A DNA stretch of 64,000 nucleotides from Dysgonamonadaceae bacterium (GCA_031272205.1 JAISUH010000003.1:23928-87927); one strand, 5' to 3'. Shown: positions 49,562 to 58,285, counted from the first letter of the stretch. Program-made: numbers and translations. The notes: a model not told the origin generated them from the sequence alone.

Positions 49562-49836
49562 TTCCTGTTAGTTTTAAAACGTAAACTGAAAGACCACAGA
49601 GAAAATAATCCTTAATAATCATCCCGTCTCCTAAAATAATCGGGAGTAGTTTACAATCGATCGGAAAGGTTAAATCCAAACCACAATGTCCACTCATGAA
49701 GAAATCATCCGTAAAAATCCACTTAAACTAAACAAACAAGTTAACGGCATAAATAAAGAACTTTATGAATGATTCATAGAGTCTTGCGTGCGATGTTCCT
49801 TGAATTGGTTGACATTTTTCCGATAGTTTATTGCTA

Positions 49837-49844
49837 CAAATCTA
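49837..49844 (-). promoter_or_regulatory. -7 box TAGATTTG for the islet operon
   Basis: Reverse complement of CAAATCTA. A TTTG at 49868-49865 lies 20 nt upstream, consistent with -33 spacing. Confidence 0.45.
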
Positions 49845-49856
49845 CAAACAATTTCA

Positions 49857-49873
49857 CCCCCCCCCAAAAAAAA
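49857..49873. repeat. Homopolymer tract C9 followed by A8 (G9/T8 on the minus strand)
   Basis: Counted directly: cacccc|ccccc aaaaa|aaa. Confidence 0.95.
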
Positions 49874-49896
49874 TAGTTAAAAAACTCAAAACACTT

Positions 49897-50298
49897 CTAT
49901 ATATACTCCGCAAAGGCCTCATCGAAAACGGTCGGTTGCGAGAGTTTTCCGTTGATCAGGCAAACCACTTCGATGTTCCCTGTGGCGCACAACTTGCCGT
50001 CGGAAAGGCGGATAATCTCTTGATGAAACAGATAAGACAAGCGTTTACGTTCCATCGTGGCGATGGTGCATTTAAAAACATCCATGCCGTGAAGCGGAGA
50101 CTTGTAACGGATATCCACACGCGCCACCACCGCATCGATACCGTTTCGGTGCAGTTCGTTAAAATTCAAGCCCTGCCGCTCTAAAAATTCATGACGAGTA
50201 ACCTCGAAATAGTGTTGATAATTGGCGTTGTTGACATGTCCCTGCACGTCACATTCGTAATCGCGCACTTTTAGTTCGTATTCGAATACAGGTTTCAT
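49897..50298 (-). CDS. Acyl-CoA thioesterase, hotdog fold (YbgC/4HBT-like)
   Basis: YELKVRDYECDVQGHVNNANYQHYFE is the typical 4HBT N-terminus. 133 aa. Confidence 0.85.
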   Translation of the reverse strand: MKPVFEYELKVRDYECDVQGHVNNANYQHYFEVTRHEFLERQGLNFNELHRNGIDAVVARVDIRYKSPLHGMDVFKCTIATMERKRLSYLFHQEIIRLSDGKLCATGNIEVVCLINGKLSQPTVFDEAFAEYI

Positions 50299-51473
50299 TT
50301 TGTTTGCATTTTTATTTTGCCCAAAAAACGTTTCGCCAAATAGTTGCGAACCGGTTCATCGTAAAGTTTCAAAACGGCGTATGCCAGCGCGATACTGACG
50401 GCAACAACCAAAACAGCTTCGACATAAGTGTCTGTTATTGAAGCGTTTTTTTCGATAACCCAGCCCCCGTAAACATACATCATCGGATAATGCACCATAT
50501 AGAGCGGGAAGGAGATTTCGCCCAGGAACTTGCAGACTCTTGATGCGTATCGGCCTGTTAATCGGCTGCTTGCGCCCATATAAACAATGAGCGGAAAAAC
50601 TGCGATAACCGTCAGCGATTCGTATAGACCGTTTATCCATAGCGTTTCAGCAGTCGGCAGCGGCATTGCAAGCATCACGACAAGTATCATACTGCACCAA
50701 AAAAATCCGTTTTTTACCTGCGTAAGCCGTTTCAGTCTGTAAAGCAGCACCCCTGCGAAAAACGGGTACATCACCCTGACAATACCCATCAGCAGATTTT
50801 CCTGCGAACATTGCCATCCGAAATTTATATTTCCGTAGCGAAAAGCGGTGAAATACAACAATATAGCGGCTAAAATCGCGACACACGCCGAAAGTAGGGC
50901 TTTTGAGAAACGACGGACAAACAACCCGTATAAAATATTGGCAATGTATTCGAAAAACAGCGACCATGCAGGCGAATTTAGGGGATACATTTCTCTTATG
51001 CCTCTGTAGTCGAGTGCGGGCGGAGTCGGCAACATCAGCATCCCTGCAAGCATAAAAAGAATCAGTGTCCACCAAGGCGTTTGACTGACTAAGGGGTAAA
51101 ACGAGGTTCCTCCTTCATCGAATGGAGCGCCGGAAGTTGCGCTGAAATAAAACAATATAGCGCCAAGCAAAGCGCCGAAAACCACCATCGGATGCAATCT
51201 TATCACACGCCGTTTGATAAATGCAGCGAAACGCATCTTTTTCCATCGGTCATCATAAGCATAAGCAATGACGAAGCCCGACAGGGCATAGAAGAAATCG
51301 ACCGCCAAATAACCGTGAGCCACAACGTTTTCTCCGCGTGTAATGGTATGAAACTCAAAAATATGAAAGATTACAACCATCACGGCTGCCACACCGCGCA
51401 ACCCATCTAATATTTCGTAATGCGGCTTGGTATCCGGAAACGCCGCTGTGGAGATTTTTGTTTCAACCATCAA
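50295..51473 (-). CDS. Membrane acyltransferase family 3 protein
   Basis: ILDGLRGVAAVMVVIFH opening and about 10 TM segments. 4-nt overlap with the thioesterase gene. Confidence 0.85.
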   Translation of the reverse strand: MMVETKISTAAFPDTKPHYEILDGLRGVAAVMVVIFHIFEFHTITRGENVVAHGYLAVDFFYALSGFVIAYAYDDRWKKMRFAAFIKRRVIRLHPMVVFGALLGAILFYFSATSGAPFDEGGTSFYPLVSQTPWWTLILFMLAGMLMLPTPPALDYRGIREMYPLNSPAWSLFFEYIANILYGLFVRRFSKALLSACVAILAAILLYFTAFRYGNINFGWQCSQENLLMGIVRVMYPFFAGVLLYRLKRLTQVKNGFFWCSMILVVMLAMPLPTAETLWINGLYESLTVIAVFPLIVYMGASSRLTGRYASRVCKFLGEISFPLYMVHYPMMYVYGGWVIEKNASITDTYVEAVLVVAVSIALAYAVLKLYDEPVRNYLAKRFLGKIKMQTK

Positions 51474-51500
51474 TCCTTCAATTTGTTATGGTTCATAACG

Positions 51501-54500
51501 TTATCTCTTTTTCAACCATTCTCTCGCGTTCACGAAAGCTTCTATCCACGGCGTTACGTCGTGCTTGCGGTATTCGAACGGATAACAGGCATTTTGCCAC
51601 GGGAAGATACTGCGTTCCAAGTGGGGCATCATCACCAAATGGCGGCCATCGGCAGAACAAAGTGCGGCGACATTGTAATCGGATCCGTTCGGATTTCCGG
51701 GATAACCGTCGTAGATGTATTTTGCCGCGATATTGTATTTCGATTCCGGTTCGGGCAACACAAAACGTCCTTCGCCGTGCGCCACCCAGATCCCCAGTTT
51801 GCTGCCTGCCAACGAACGGAACATGACCGCGTTGTTTTCGGGAATTTCTACCGAGACAAAAGCCGATTCGAATTTGTGCGAAAGGTTGTGCTGCATTTTG
51901 GGATGAGCCGATCCTTTTTCGGGATAAACCAGACCCAATTCCATCATCAGCTGGCAACCGTTGCAGATGCCGAGGCTGAGGGTATCGGGACGGGCATAGA
52001 AGTTGCGGATGGCCGTGTTTGCTTTTTCGTTGTAAAGCAATCCTCCGGCCCATCCCTTAGCCGAACCCAGTACGTCGGAATTGGAAAATCCGCCGCAGAA
52101 AACGATCATCTGCACATCTTCCAGTGTTTCGCGCCCCGACGTTAAATCGGTGCTGTGGACGTCTTTCACGTCGAACCCTGCAAGGTAGAGCGAATAAGCC
52201 ATCTCCCGTTCGCCGTTCGTCCCTTTTTCGCGGATGATCGCGGCAGTCAAGCCCGATTTTTCTTTCCGGTCGGGATTCAATCCCAAATCGTCCATTTTTC
52301 CGGTGAACGACGGCTTTATATTGAATTGAAGCGGTTGGCGCTTGTAATTTTCAAAACGTTCCCTGGCGCAAACCGTCCCGCTTTGCTTGCAGTCGAGCAG
52401 ATAGGATGTGCGGAACCAAACGTCGCGCAACTTGTCGATATCGAATGGATGGCGGTAGGCCTCTTTTTCGATGACAAGCATGCGTTCCTCAATGGGACGG
52501 GCTACAATGGCAAAACCGAGGCCGTAATCTTCCAAAATTTTCTCTACCAAATGGTGATGCTTCACCTGAATGAGCACGCCCGGATTTTCGGCGAACAATA
52601 TTTTGATTAAATCTTCGTGGCGGATTTTATCCAAACGGGCTTCCAATCCGCCTTGCGGATTGGCGAAGCACATTTCGAGCAAGGCGGTGATCATTCCTCC
52701 GGCCGAAACATCGTGCCCGGCGATCACCAATCCCCGGTTGACCAATTCCTGCACAGCGGCAAATGCGTTTTTGAAATATTCGCTGTCGGTAACGGTTGGC
52801 GCTTCGTCGCCGATTTTATTCAAGGTCTGCGCAAAAGCCGAGCCTCCCAATTTAAAAGTGTCGAACGAAAAATCAATATAATAAATATAAGTTCCTCGTA
52901 TATAAGCCAATACTGGTGATACTATCTTGCGTATATTCTTCACTTCGGCTCCGGCGGAAATGATGACTGTGCCGGGCGAAAACACTTTCTCGTCGCCGTA
53001 TTTCTGCGTCATGGAAAGCGAATCTTTTCCCGTGGGTATATTGATTCCCAAGTCGCAGGCAAATTCGGAACAGGCTTCCACCGCTTTGTACAAACGGGCA
53101 TCCTCGCCTGTATTGCGGCAAGGCCACATCCAGTTGGCGCTCAACGAAACGCTTTGCAGCCCGTTTTCGAGCGGGGCAAAAACAAGGTTTGTCAGCGCTT
53201 CGGCAACGGCCATCACCGATCCTGCGGCCGGGTCGATCAGCGCTACTTGCGGGGCATGACCGATAGATGTCGCCATTCCGGCATATCCGCGATAATCGAG
53301 TGCGATAGCTCCGCAATCGCTCAAGGGCAATTGAATTTCGCCCTGGCATTGCTGACGGGCAATTCTTCCCGTTACCGAGCGATCGACTTTGTTTGTGAGC
53401 CAGTCTTTGCAAGCGACAGCCTCAAGTTTCAGAACATTTTCGATATAAGTTTCAAGGTTCTCTATATGGTATTCGAGAGCGGAATATTCATCTTCGATGG
53501 TCTCGTCTTTCATGACGGTAACGGGCGGTTTCCCGAAGAAATCGTCCAACTCCATATCTATCGGGCAAGCGCCGTTGGATTCGCGGAAGGTAAATTTCAT
53601 GTCGTCGGTAGTCTCGCCCACCACGTACATCGGAGCGCGTTCGCGCGAGGCGATGCGTTGTATGCGGTCGATGTCTTTTTTCTCGACGAGCAAGCCCATG
53701 CGTTCCTGACTTTCGTTACCGATAATTTCTTTTGCCGAAAGGGTTTTGTCACCGATGGGCAGTTTGTCCATCTCGATGAGGCCGCCCGTTTTTTCGACGA
53801 GCTCCGAGAGACAGTTCAAATGACCTCCCGCACCGTGGTCGTGGATGGAGACAATCGGGTTATCGTCCGATTCGGCTAATGTGCGGATAACGTTTGCTAC
53901 GCGCTTTTGCATTTCAGGATTGGCGCGTTGCACGGCGTTCAGTTCGATGCCCGAAGAATATTCGCCCGTATTAACCGACGAAACGGCGCCTCCGCCCATC
54001 CCGATGCGGTAGTTATCACCGCCAAGGACTACGACTTTCTCTCCCGGTTCGGGATTACCTTTCAAGGCATCGCGTTTGTTGGCAAAACCCACGCCTCCTG
54101 CGAGCATAATCACTTTATCGTAACCGAATTTCTTGTAGTTTTCGGCGTGTTCGAACGTGAGTAGCGAACCGCAAATGAGCGGCTGACCAAATTTGTTTCC
54201 GAAATCGGATGCTCCATTTGATGCTTTGATGAGAATCTGTTCGGGCGTCTGGTAGAGCCATTTCCTTGCGGGAAAGGCTTCTTCCCATACACGACCTTCC
54301 TCCAAACGCGGATAGGAAGTCATATAAACAGCTGTTCCTGCTACCGGCAGTGAAGCTTTTCCGCCCCCAAGGCGGTCGCGGATTTCGCCTCCCGTTCCGG
54401 TTGACGCGCCGTTGAAGGGCTCAACGGTCGTGGGGAAATTGTGCGTTTCCGCTTTTAACGAGATGACGCTGCCGATGTTTTTTACGGCGTAAAAATCGGG

Positions 54501-55187
54501 TTTGTCGCCGCTCAGCGGAGCAAACTGCTCTATTTCGGGTCCCTGCGAAAAGGCCACATTGTCCTTGTATGCCGAAACCAACAAATTGGGGTTGGTTTGC
54601 GATGTTTTCTTGATCAATTGAAACAGCGAACGCTCTTTTTCTTCGCCATCGATAATAAATTTGCCGTTGAAAATCTTATGTCGGCAATGCTCGGAATTTA
54701 CCTGCGAAAAACCAAAAACCTCGCTATCAGTCAGTTTTCGGTTCATTTTCTTGCTCACGCCGTTCAGATAATCGATTTCTTCGGGGCTGAGCGCCAAGCC
54801 TTCTTTTTCGTTATACGCGGCAATGTTGTCGATATAGATGACCGGATCGGGTTGTTTGTCGATGGTGAAAATTTGCTGGTCGAGCCGTTTATAAACCCGC
54901 TGCAACATCGGGTCGTGGTCGTCTTGGCCTTCGGCAACCGGACAATACTCCTCGATACGGGAAATCCCGTCAATACCCATGTTTTGAGTAATTTCCACCG
55001 CACAGGTACTCCACGGCGTAATCATTTCGCGGCGCGGCCCGATAAATGTCCCTTCGACCTGTGGCTCGTTCAGCATTTCGGCGTTCCCGAAAAGCCATTT
55101 CAGTTTATCGACGGTTTCGTTTGTGAACAAATATTCAACCTCAACGGCGATAATGTTCTGTGATAGGGTTCTGAAAAAAGAAATCAT
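51501..55187 (-). CDS. purL: Phosphoribosylformylglycinamidine synthase (single-chain large form)
   Basis: 1228 aa with AIRS-like repeats and a C-terminal glutamine amidotransferase (LGICNGCQ). Confidence 0.95.
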   Translation of the reverse strand: MISFFRTLSQNIIAVEVEYLFTNETVDKLKWLFGNAEMLNEPQVEGTFIGPRREMITPWSTCAVEITQNMGIDGISRIEEYCPVAEGQDDHDPMLQRVYKRLDQQIFTIDKQPDPVIYIDNIAAYNEKEGLALSPEEIDYLNGVSKKMNRKLTDSEVFGFSQVNSEHCRHKIFNGKFIIDGEEKERSLFQLIKKTSQTNPNLLVSAYKDNVAFSQGPEIEQFAPLSGDKPDFYAVKNIGSVISLKAETHNFPTTVEPFNGASTGTGGEIRDRLGGGKASLPVAGTAVYMTSYPRLEEGRVWEEAFPARKWLYQTPEQILIKASNGASDFGNKFGQPLICGSLLTFEHAENYKKFGYDKVIMLAGGVGFANKRDALKGNPEPGEKVVVLGGDNYRIGMGGGAVSSVNTGEYSSGIELNAVQRANPEMQKRVANVIRTLAESDDNPIVSIHDHGAGGHLNCLSELVEKTGGLIEMDKLPIGDKTLSAKEIIGNESQERMGLLVEKKDIDRIQRIASRERAPMYVVGETTDDMKFTFRESNGACPIDMELDDFFGKPPVTVMKDETIEDEYSALEYHIENLETYIENVLKLEAVACKDWLTNKVDRSVTGRIARQQCQGEIQLPLSDCGAIALDYRGYAGMATSIGHAPQVALIDPAAGSVMAVAEALTNLVFAPLENGLQSVSLSANWMWPCRNTGEDARLYKAVEACSEFACDLGINIPTGKDSLSMTQKYGDEKVFSPGTVIISAGAEVKNIRKIVSPVLAYIRGTYIYYIDFSFDTFKLGGSAFAQTLNKIGDEAPTVTDSEYFKNAFAAVQELVNRGLVIAGHDVSAGGMITALLEMCFANPQGGLEARLDKIRHEDLIKILFAENPGVLIQVKHHHLVEKILEDYGLGFAIVARPIEERMLVIEKEAYRHPFDIDKLRDVWFRTSYLLDCKQSGTVCARERFENYKRQPLQFNIKPSFTGKMDDLGLNPDRKEKSGLTAAIIREKGTNGEREMAYSLYLAGFDVKDVHSTDLTSGRETLEDVQMIVFCGGFSNSDVLGSAKGWAGGLLYNEKANTAIRNFYARPDTLSLGICNGCQLMMELGLVYPEKGSAHPKMQHNLSHKFESAFVSVEIPENNAVMFRSLAGSKLGIWVAHGEGRFVLPEPESKYNIAAKYIYDGYPGNPNGSDYNVAALCSADGRHLVMMPHLERSIFPWQNACYPFEYRKHDVTPWIEAFVNAREWLKKR

Positions 55188-55217
55188 ATTGCGAAGACGG
55201 TTTCAAATTTTTATCTG

Positions 55218-55225
55218 CAAAGTTA
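55218..55225 (-). promoter_or_regulatory. -7 box TAACTTTG upstream of purL
   Basis: Reverse complement of CAAAGTTA, 31 nt upstream of the ATG. Confidence 0.45.
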
Positions 55226-55300
55226 ATGAAAAGGGACCGATAATTCGTTATTCGTTCCCTAAACTTTCAAGCTATTTTTGTCCGTTTTAATAATTGGACG

Positions 55301-55308
55301 TATCTTTG
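55301..55308 (+). promoter_or_regulatory. -7 box TATCTTTG upstream of the LysE-family gene
   Basis: 54 nt upstream of the ATG at 55362. A second match, TATTTTTG, lies at 55273-55280. Confidence 0.4.
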
Positions 55309-55361
55309 TATCTTGAAAACAAAAAATCAGTGAACTTTTGTTCGCTGCAATTTTGCGGTAA

Positions 55362-55994
55362 ATGTTGGAAATCGTACTTAAAGGAATTATAATCGGAGTG
55401 TTGGTGTCTGCTCCAATGGGACCTACCGGTATCTTATGCGTCCAGCGCACATTGAACCGGGGGCGCTGGCACGGGTTTGTTACCGGATTGGGAGCGACCC
55501 TGTCGGATGTGCTGTATGCCTCTATAACGCTACTCGGCGTGAGCCTGATAACCGATTTTTTGGAAAAAAACGAAGTGCTTTTGCAGGTGGCCGGAAGCGC
55601 CGTGTTGATTGTTTTCGGGTATGCCGTATATCGCACCAACCCCTTGAAAAGTCTGAAGCCCAACGAACCCCTCCCCGAAACCCGCTACACTAAAGATTTT
55701 ATCTCGTCTTTTTTTCTTACGGCATCCAACGTCATCATCATCTTTGTATTTTTCACGCTTTACGCGCGTTTCAGTGTCAACCCTTCCGACGGCGGATTGT
55801 GGGGACACATTGTCAGCATTGCGGCAATTGCCTCCGGCGCGGTTGCTTGGTGGTTTTTCATCACCGCATTTGTATCGTATCTGCGTAAGCATTTCAACCG
55901 CAAGGGATTGGTGCTGTTGAATCGAATTATAGGAATTGTGCTGATTGCCATTGGGATCGTGGGTGTAGTTACGGGATTCCTTGCCGTATATTGA
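55362..55994 (+). CDS. LysE/RhtB family amino-acid exporter
   Basis: 210 aa with six TM segments. The N-terminal GPTGILCVQRTL motif is LysE-like. Confidence 0.8.
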   Translation: MLEIVLKGIIIGVLVSAPMGPTGILCVQRTLNRGRWHGFVTGLGATLSDVLYASITLLGVSLITDFLEKNEVLLQVAGSAVLIVFGYAVYRTNPLKSLKPNEPLPETRYTKDFISSFFLTASNVIIIFVFFTLYARFSVNPSDGGLWGHIVSIAAIASGAVAWWFFITAFVSYLRKHFNRKGLVLLNRIIGIVLIAIGIVGVVTGFLAVY

Positions 55995-56020
55995 AGATCT
56001 CATTCTGCCCCCGCAAACAA

Positions 56021-56055
56021 CAAAAACCGGATTGCAAAGTCGCAATCCGGTTTTT
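56021..56055. terminator. Bidirectional terminator between the LysE-family gene and rng
   Basis: 14-bp perfect stem AAAAACCGGATTGC / GCAATCCGGTTTTT. A second 8-bp hairpin lies at 56064-56083. Confidence 0.7.
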
Positions 56056-56084
56056 TGTAGTGTCTGCTTCGGCTAACCGAAGCA

Positions 56085-57656
56085 TCATTTCATTTCAACT
56101 TCTTCTTTCAGGTCAATTTCGCTGCCGTCTTTGTCGTAGAACAGGTATTGAAGGAATCCCAAACTTTGGTCGGGAATCACTTTGAAGGCAACGCCATATT
56201 TCTTACGCCATTTGTACTTCAACGAAAACAAACCTTGTTGAATGTACGCTGCCACATACGGATGTATGTGCAGGACAAATTTCTTCACTTTCAATTTGTT
56301 GACCAAATAGTCGATTTTACCTTCCAGCGTGTCGGTAAATAATATCGACGATTTTATGGTTCCTTTACCGAAGCAAGTGGGGCATTCCTCGCTGGTGGTA
56401 ACTTCCATTTCGGGGCGTACGCGCTGACGGGTTATCTGCATAAGCCCAAATTTGCTCAATGGGAGGATGTTGTGCTTGGCCCGGTCTTTCGACATAAACT
56501 CTTGCATCTTAGAGACCAGCTTGTTGCGATGTTCTCCATTGCTCATATCGATGAAGTCGATAACGATAATCCCCCCCATATCCCTCAAACGAAGTTGGCG
56601 GGCGATTTCCTCGGCGGCAGCCGAGTTCACCTCAAAAGCATTGTCCTCCTGTCCGAGCGCCGATTTGTTGTTGCGGTTTCCGCTGTTCACGTCTATCACG
56701 TGTAAGGCTTCGGTGTGCTCGATAATCAGGTAGGCGCCGTTTCTAAACATAACGGTTTTTCCAAAGAGCGATTTTATTTGTTTCGTAATGCCGAAATTAT
56801 CGAGGATCGGCAATCGTCCCGAATACAATTTTACGATATTTTTCCGTTCGGGAGCGATTACGCTGACGTATTCGGCAATTTGTTTACACACGTCTTTATC
56901 ATTGACGTGTATTTGTTCAAACGACGGGCTGAAGATGTCTCGAAGGAGCGCCACCGTGCGTCCTGTCTCTTCATAAATGAGCGACGTGGCTTTGGCCTTC
57001 ATCAACTTTTCGCTGGTTTCTTCCCATCGTTTAACCAATAACTTGAGTTCCGCGTCGAGCTCTGCAACTCTTTTGTCCTCGGAATTGGTACGGATGATTA
57101 CGCCGTAATTCTTTGGTTTAATACTTTGAATCAGTTGGCGAAGACGTGTGCGTTCCTCACGCGACTTGATTTTTTGCGATACCGACACGCGGTCGATAAA
57201 CGGAATAAGAACCATAAATCTTCCCGCGAAAGAAATCTCGGACGTTAGCCGAGGACCTTTCGTGGAAATGGGCTCTTTCGCAATTTGCACCAGCACCTCC
57301 TGTCCTACTTTCAGCACGTCGGTGATCGAGCCTTCTTTCTCGATATCGGGCTGAAGCCTCAGCTTGGAGATTTGCGGGATTTTCTTCTTGTCTTCCAACT
57401 GCTTCTGAAAGTACAGAATCGAGTTGAACTCTACCCCTAAATCCAAATAGTGAAGAAAAGCGTCCTTTTTGTGTCCAACATCCACGAATGCAGCGTTGAG
57501 GGCGGGCATTAACTTTTTTACCCTTCCCAGATAGATGTTTCCAACCGCGCAGGATGCGTCTTGCGCTTCTTTCTGAAGCTCTACGAGTTTCTTGTCTTCG
57601 AGAACTGCAATGGTGATCTCTTTGGGTTGGACATCTACGACAAGTTCACTTACCAC
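56085..57656 (-). CDS. rng: Ribonuclease E/G family protein (RNase G-like)
   Basis: S1 domain (GNIYLGRVKKLMPALNAAFVDVG) and catalytic core (IIVIDFIDM). 523 aa with a GTG start. Confidence 0.92.
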   Translation of the reverse strand: MVSELVVDVQPKEITIAVLEDKKLVELQKEAQDASCAVGNIYLGRVKKLMPALNAAFVDVGHKKDAFLHYLDLGVEFNSILYFQKQLEDKKKIPQISKLRLQPDIEKEGSITDVLKVGQEVLVQIAKEPISTKGPRLTSEISFAGRFMVLIPFIDRVSVSQKIKSREERTRLRQLIQSIKPKNYGVIIRTNSEDKRVAELDAELKLLVKRWEETSEKLMKAKATSLIYEETGRTVALLRDIFSPSFEQIHVNDKDVCKQIAEYVSVIAPERKNIVKLYSGRLPILDNFGITKQIKSLFGKTVMFRNGAYLIIEHTEALHVIDVNSGNRNNKSALGQEDNAFEVNSAAAEEIARQLRLRDMGGIIVIDFIDMSNGEHRNKLVSKMQEFMSKDRAKHNILPLSKFGLMQITRQRVRPEMEVTTSEECPTCFGKGTIKSSILFTDTLEGKIDYLVNKLKVKKFVLHIHPYVAAYIQQGLFSLKYKWRKKYGVAFKVIPDQSLGFLQYLFYDKDGSEIDLKEEVEMK

Positions 57657-57744
57657 AATGTTTGTTTTTAATGTTTTTTATTCAGGCTTCTGTTCTTTGG
57701 GGGAACCGGGTGTTTTCACAAACGAGGCCCCTCAAAAAATAGAC

Positions 57745-57791
57745 AAAGAACAAACTTAAATCTCTTGAAAAGTCGGTTAAGTTTGTTCTTT
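57745..57791 (-). other. 15-bp perfect inverted repeat in the gap between the small ORF and rng
   Basis: AAAGAACAAACTTAA ... TTAAGTTTGTTCTTT with a 17-nt loop. On the minus strand a T6 run follows after 5 nt. Confidence 0.6.
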
Positions 57792-57822
57792 TGATATTTT
57801 GGTAAAAAAAGACGTGATCGAT

Positions 57823-57918
57823 CTATTTGTTTTTCTTCTTGTGCCTATTTTTTCTCAGTCTTTTTTTCCTCTTGTGAACAGACATTTTATGCCTTTTTCT
57901 CTTTTTACCACTTGGCAT
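57823..57918 (-). CDS. 31-aa Lys/Arg-rich peptide, bS22-like candidate ribosomal protein (absent from the ORF track)
   Basis: Hand translation: MPSGKKRKRHKMSVHKRKKRLRKNRHKKKNK, then TAG. GGAGAG lies 7 nt upstream of the ATG. The ORF starts 35 nt after the hup stop. Confidence 0.6.
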   Translation of the reverse strand: MPSGKKRKRHKMSVHKRKKRLRKNRHKKKNK

Positions 57919-57953
57919 TTTCTAACTCTCCTATTTTATTACCCTGTTATTAT

Positions 57954-58229
57954 TTATTTCTTCACTTGAGCCACAAATGTTTTCGCCGGTTTGAACGCCG
58001 GAATATTGTGTTCGGGAATAATGATAGTGGTGTTTTTGGAGATGTTACGGGCTGTTTTTTTAGCTCTCTTTTTTACGATGAAGCTGCCAAAACCTCTTAA
58101 ATACACGTTTTCTTTGTTCGATAACGAATCTTTCACTACATCCATAAAGGATTCTACAGTTGCCAAAACCGATGCCTTATCTACGCCGGTACTTTTTGCA
58201 ATTTCGTTTACAATGTCTGCTTTTGTCAT
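57954..58229 (-). CDS. hup: HU family DNA-binding protein
   Basis: MTKADIVNEIAKSTGVDK...RGFGSF...PAFKP, 91 aa from the internal Met. Confidence 0.93.
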   Translation of the reverse strand: MTKADIVNEIAKSTGVDKASVLATVESFMDVVKDSLSNKENVYLRGFGSFIVKKRAKKTARNISKNTTIIIPEHNIPAFKPAKTFVAQVKK

Positions 58230-58277
58230 TTTCTTTTTATTTTTATAATTAATACTTATAAGTAATTTTTTGGATTG

Positions 58278-58285
58278 CAAATATA
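58278..58285 (-). promoter_or_regulatory. -7 box TATATTTG upstream of hup
   Basis: Reverse complement of CAAATATA, 49 nt upstream of the ATG at 58229. Confidence 0.45.

Noticed and set aside
49482-49697. 71-aa minus-strand ORF upstream of the 298-aa gene
   Set aside because: It overlaps the signal-peptide region of the 298-aa gene out of frame. It looks like a chance frame in AT-rich DNA.
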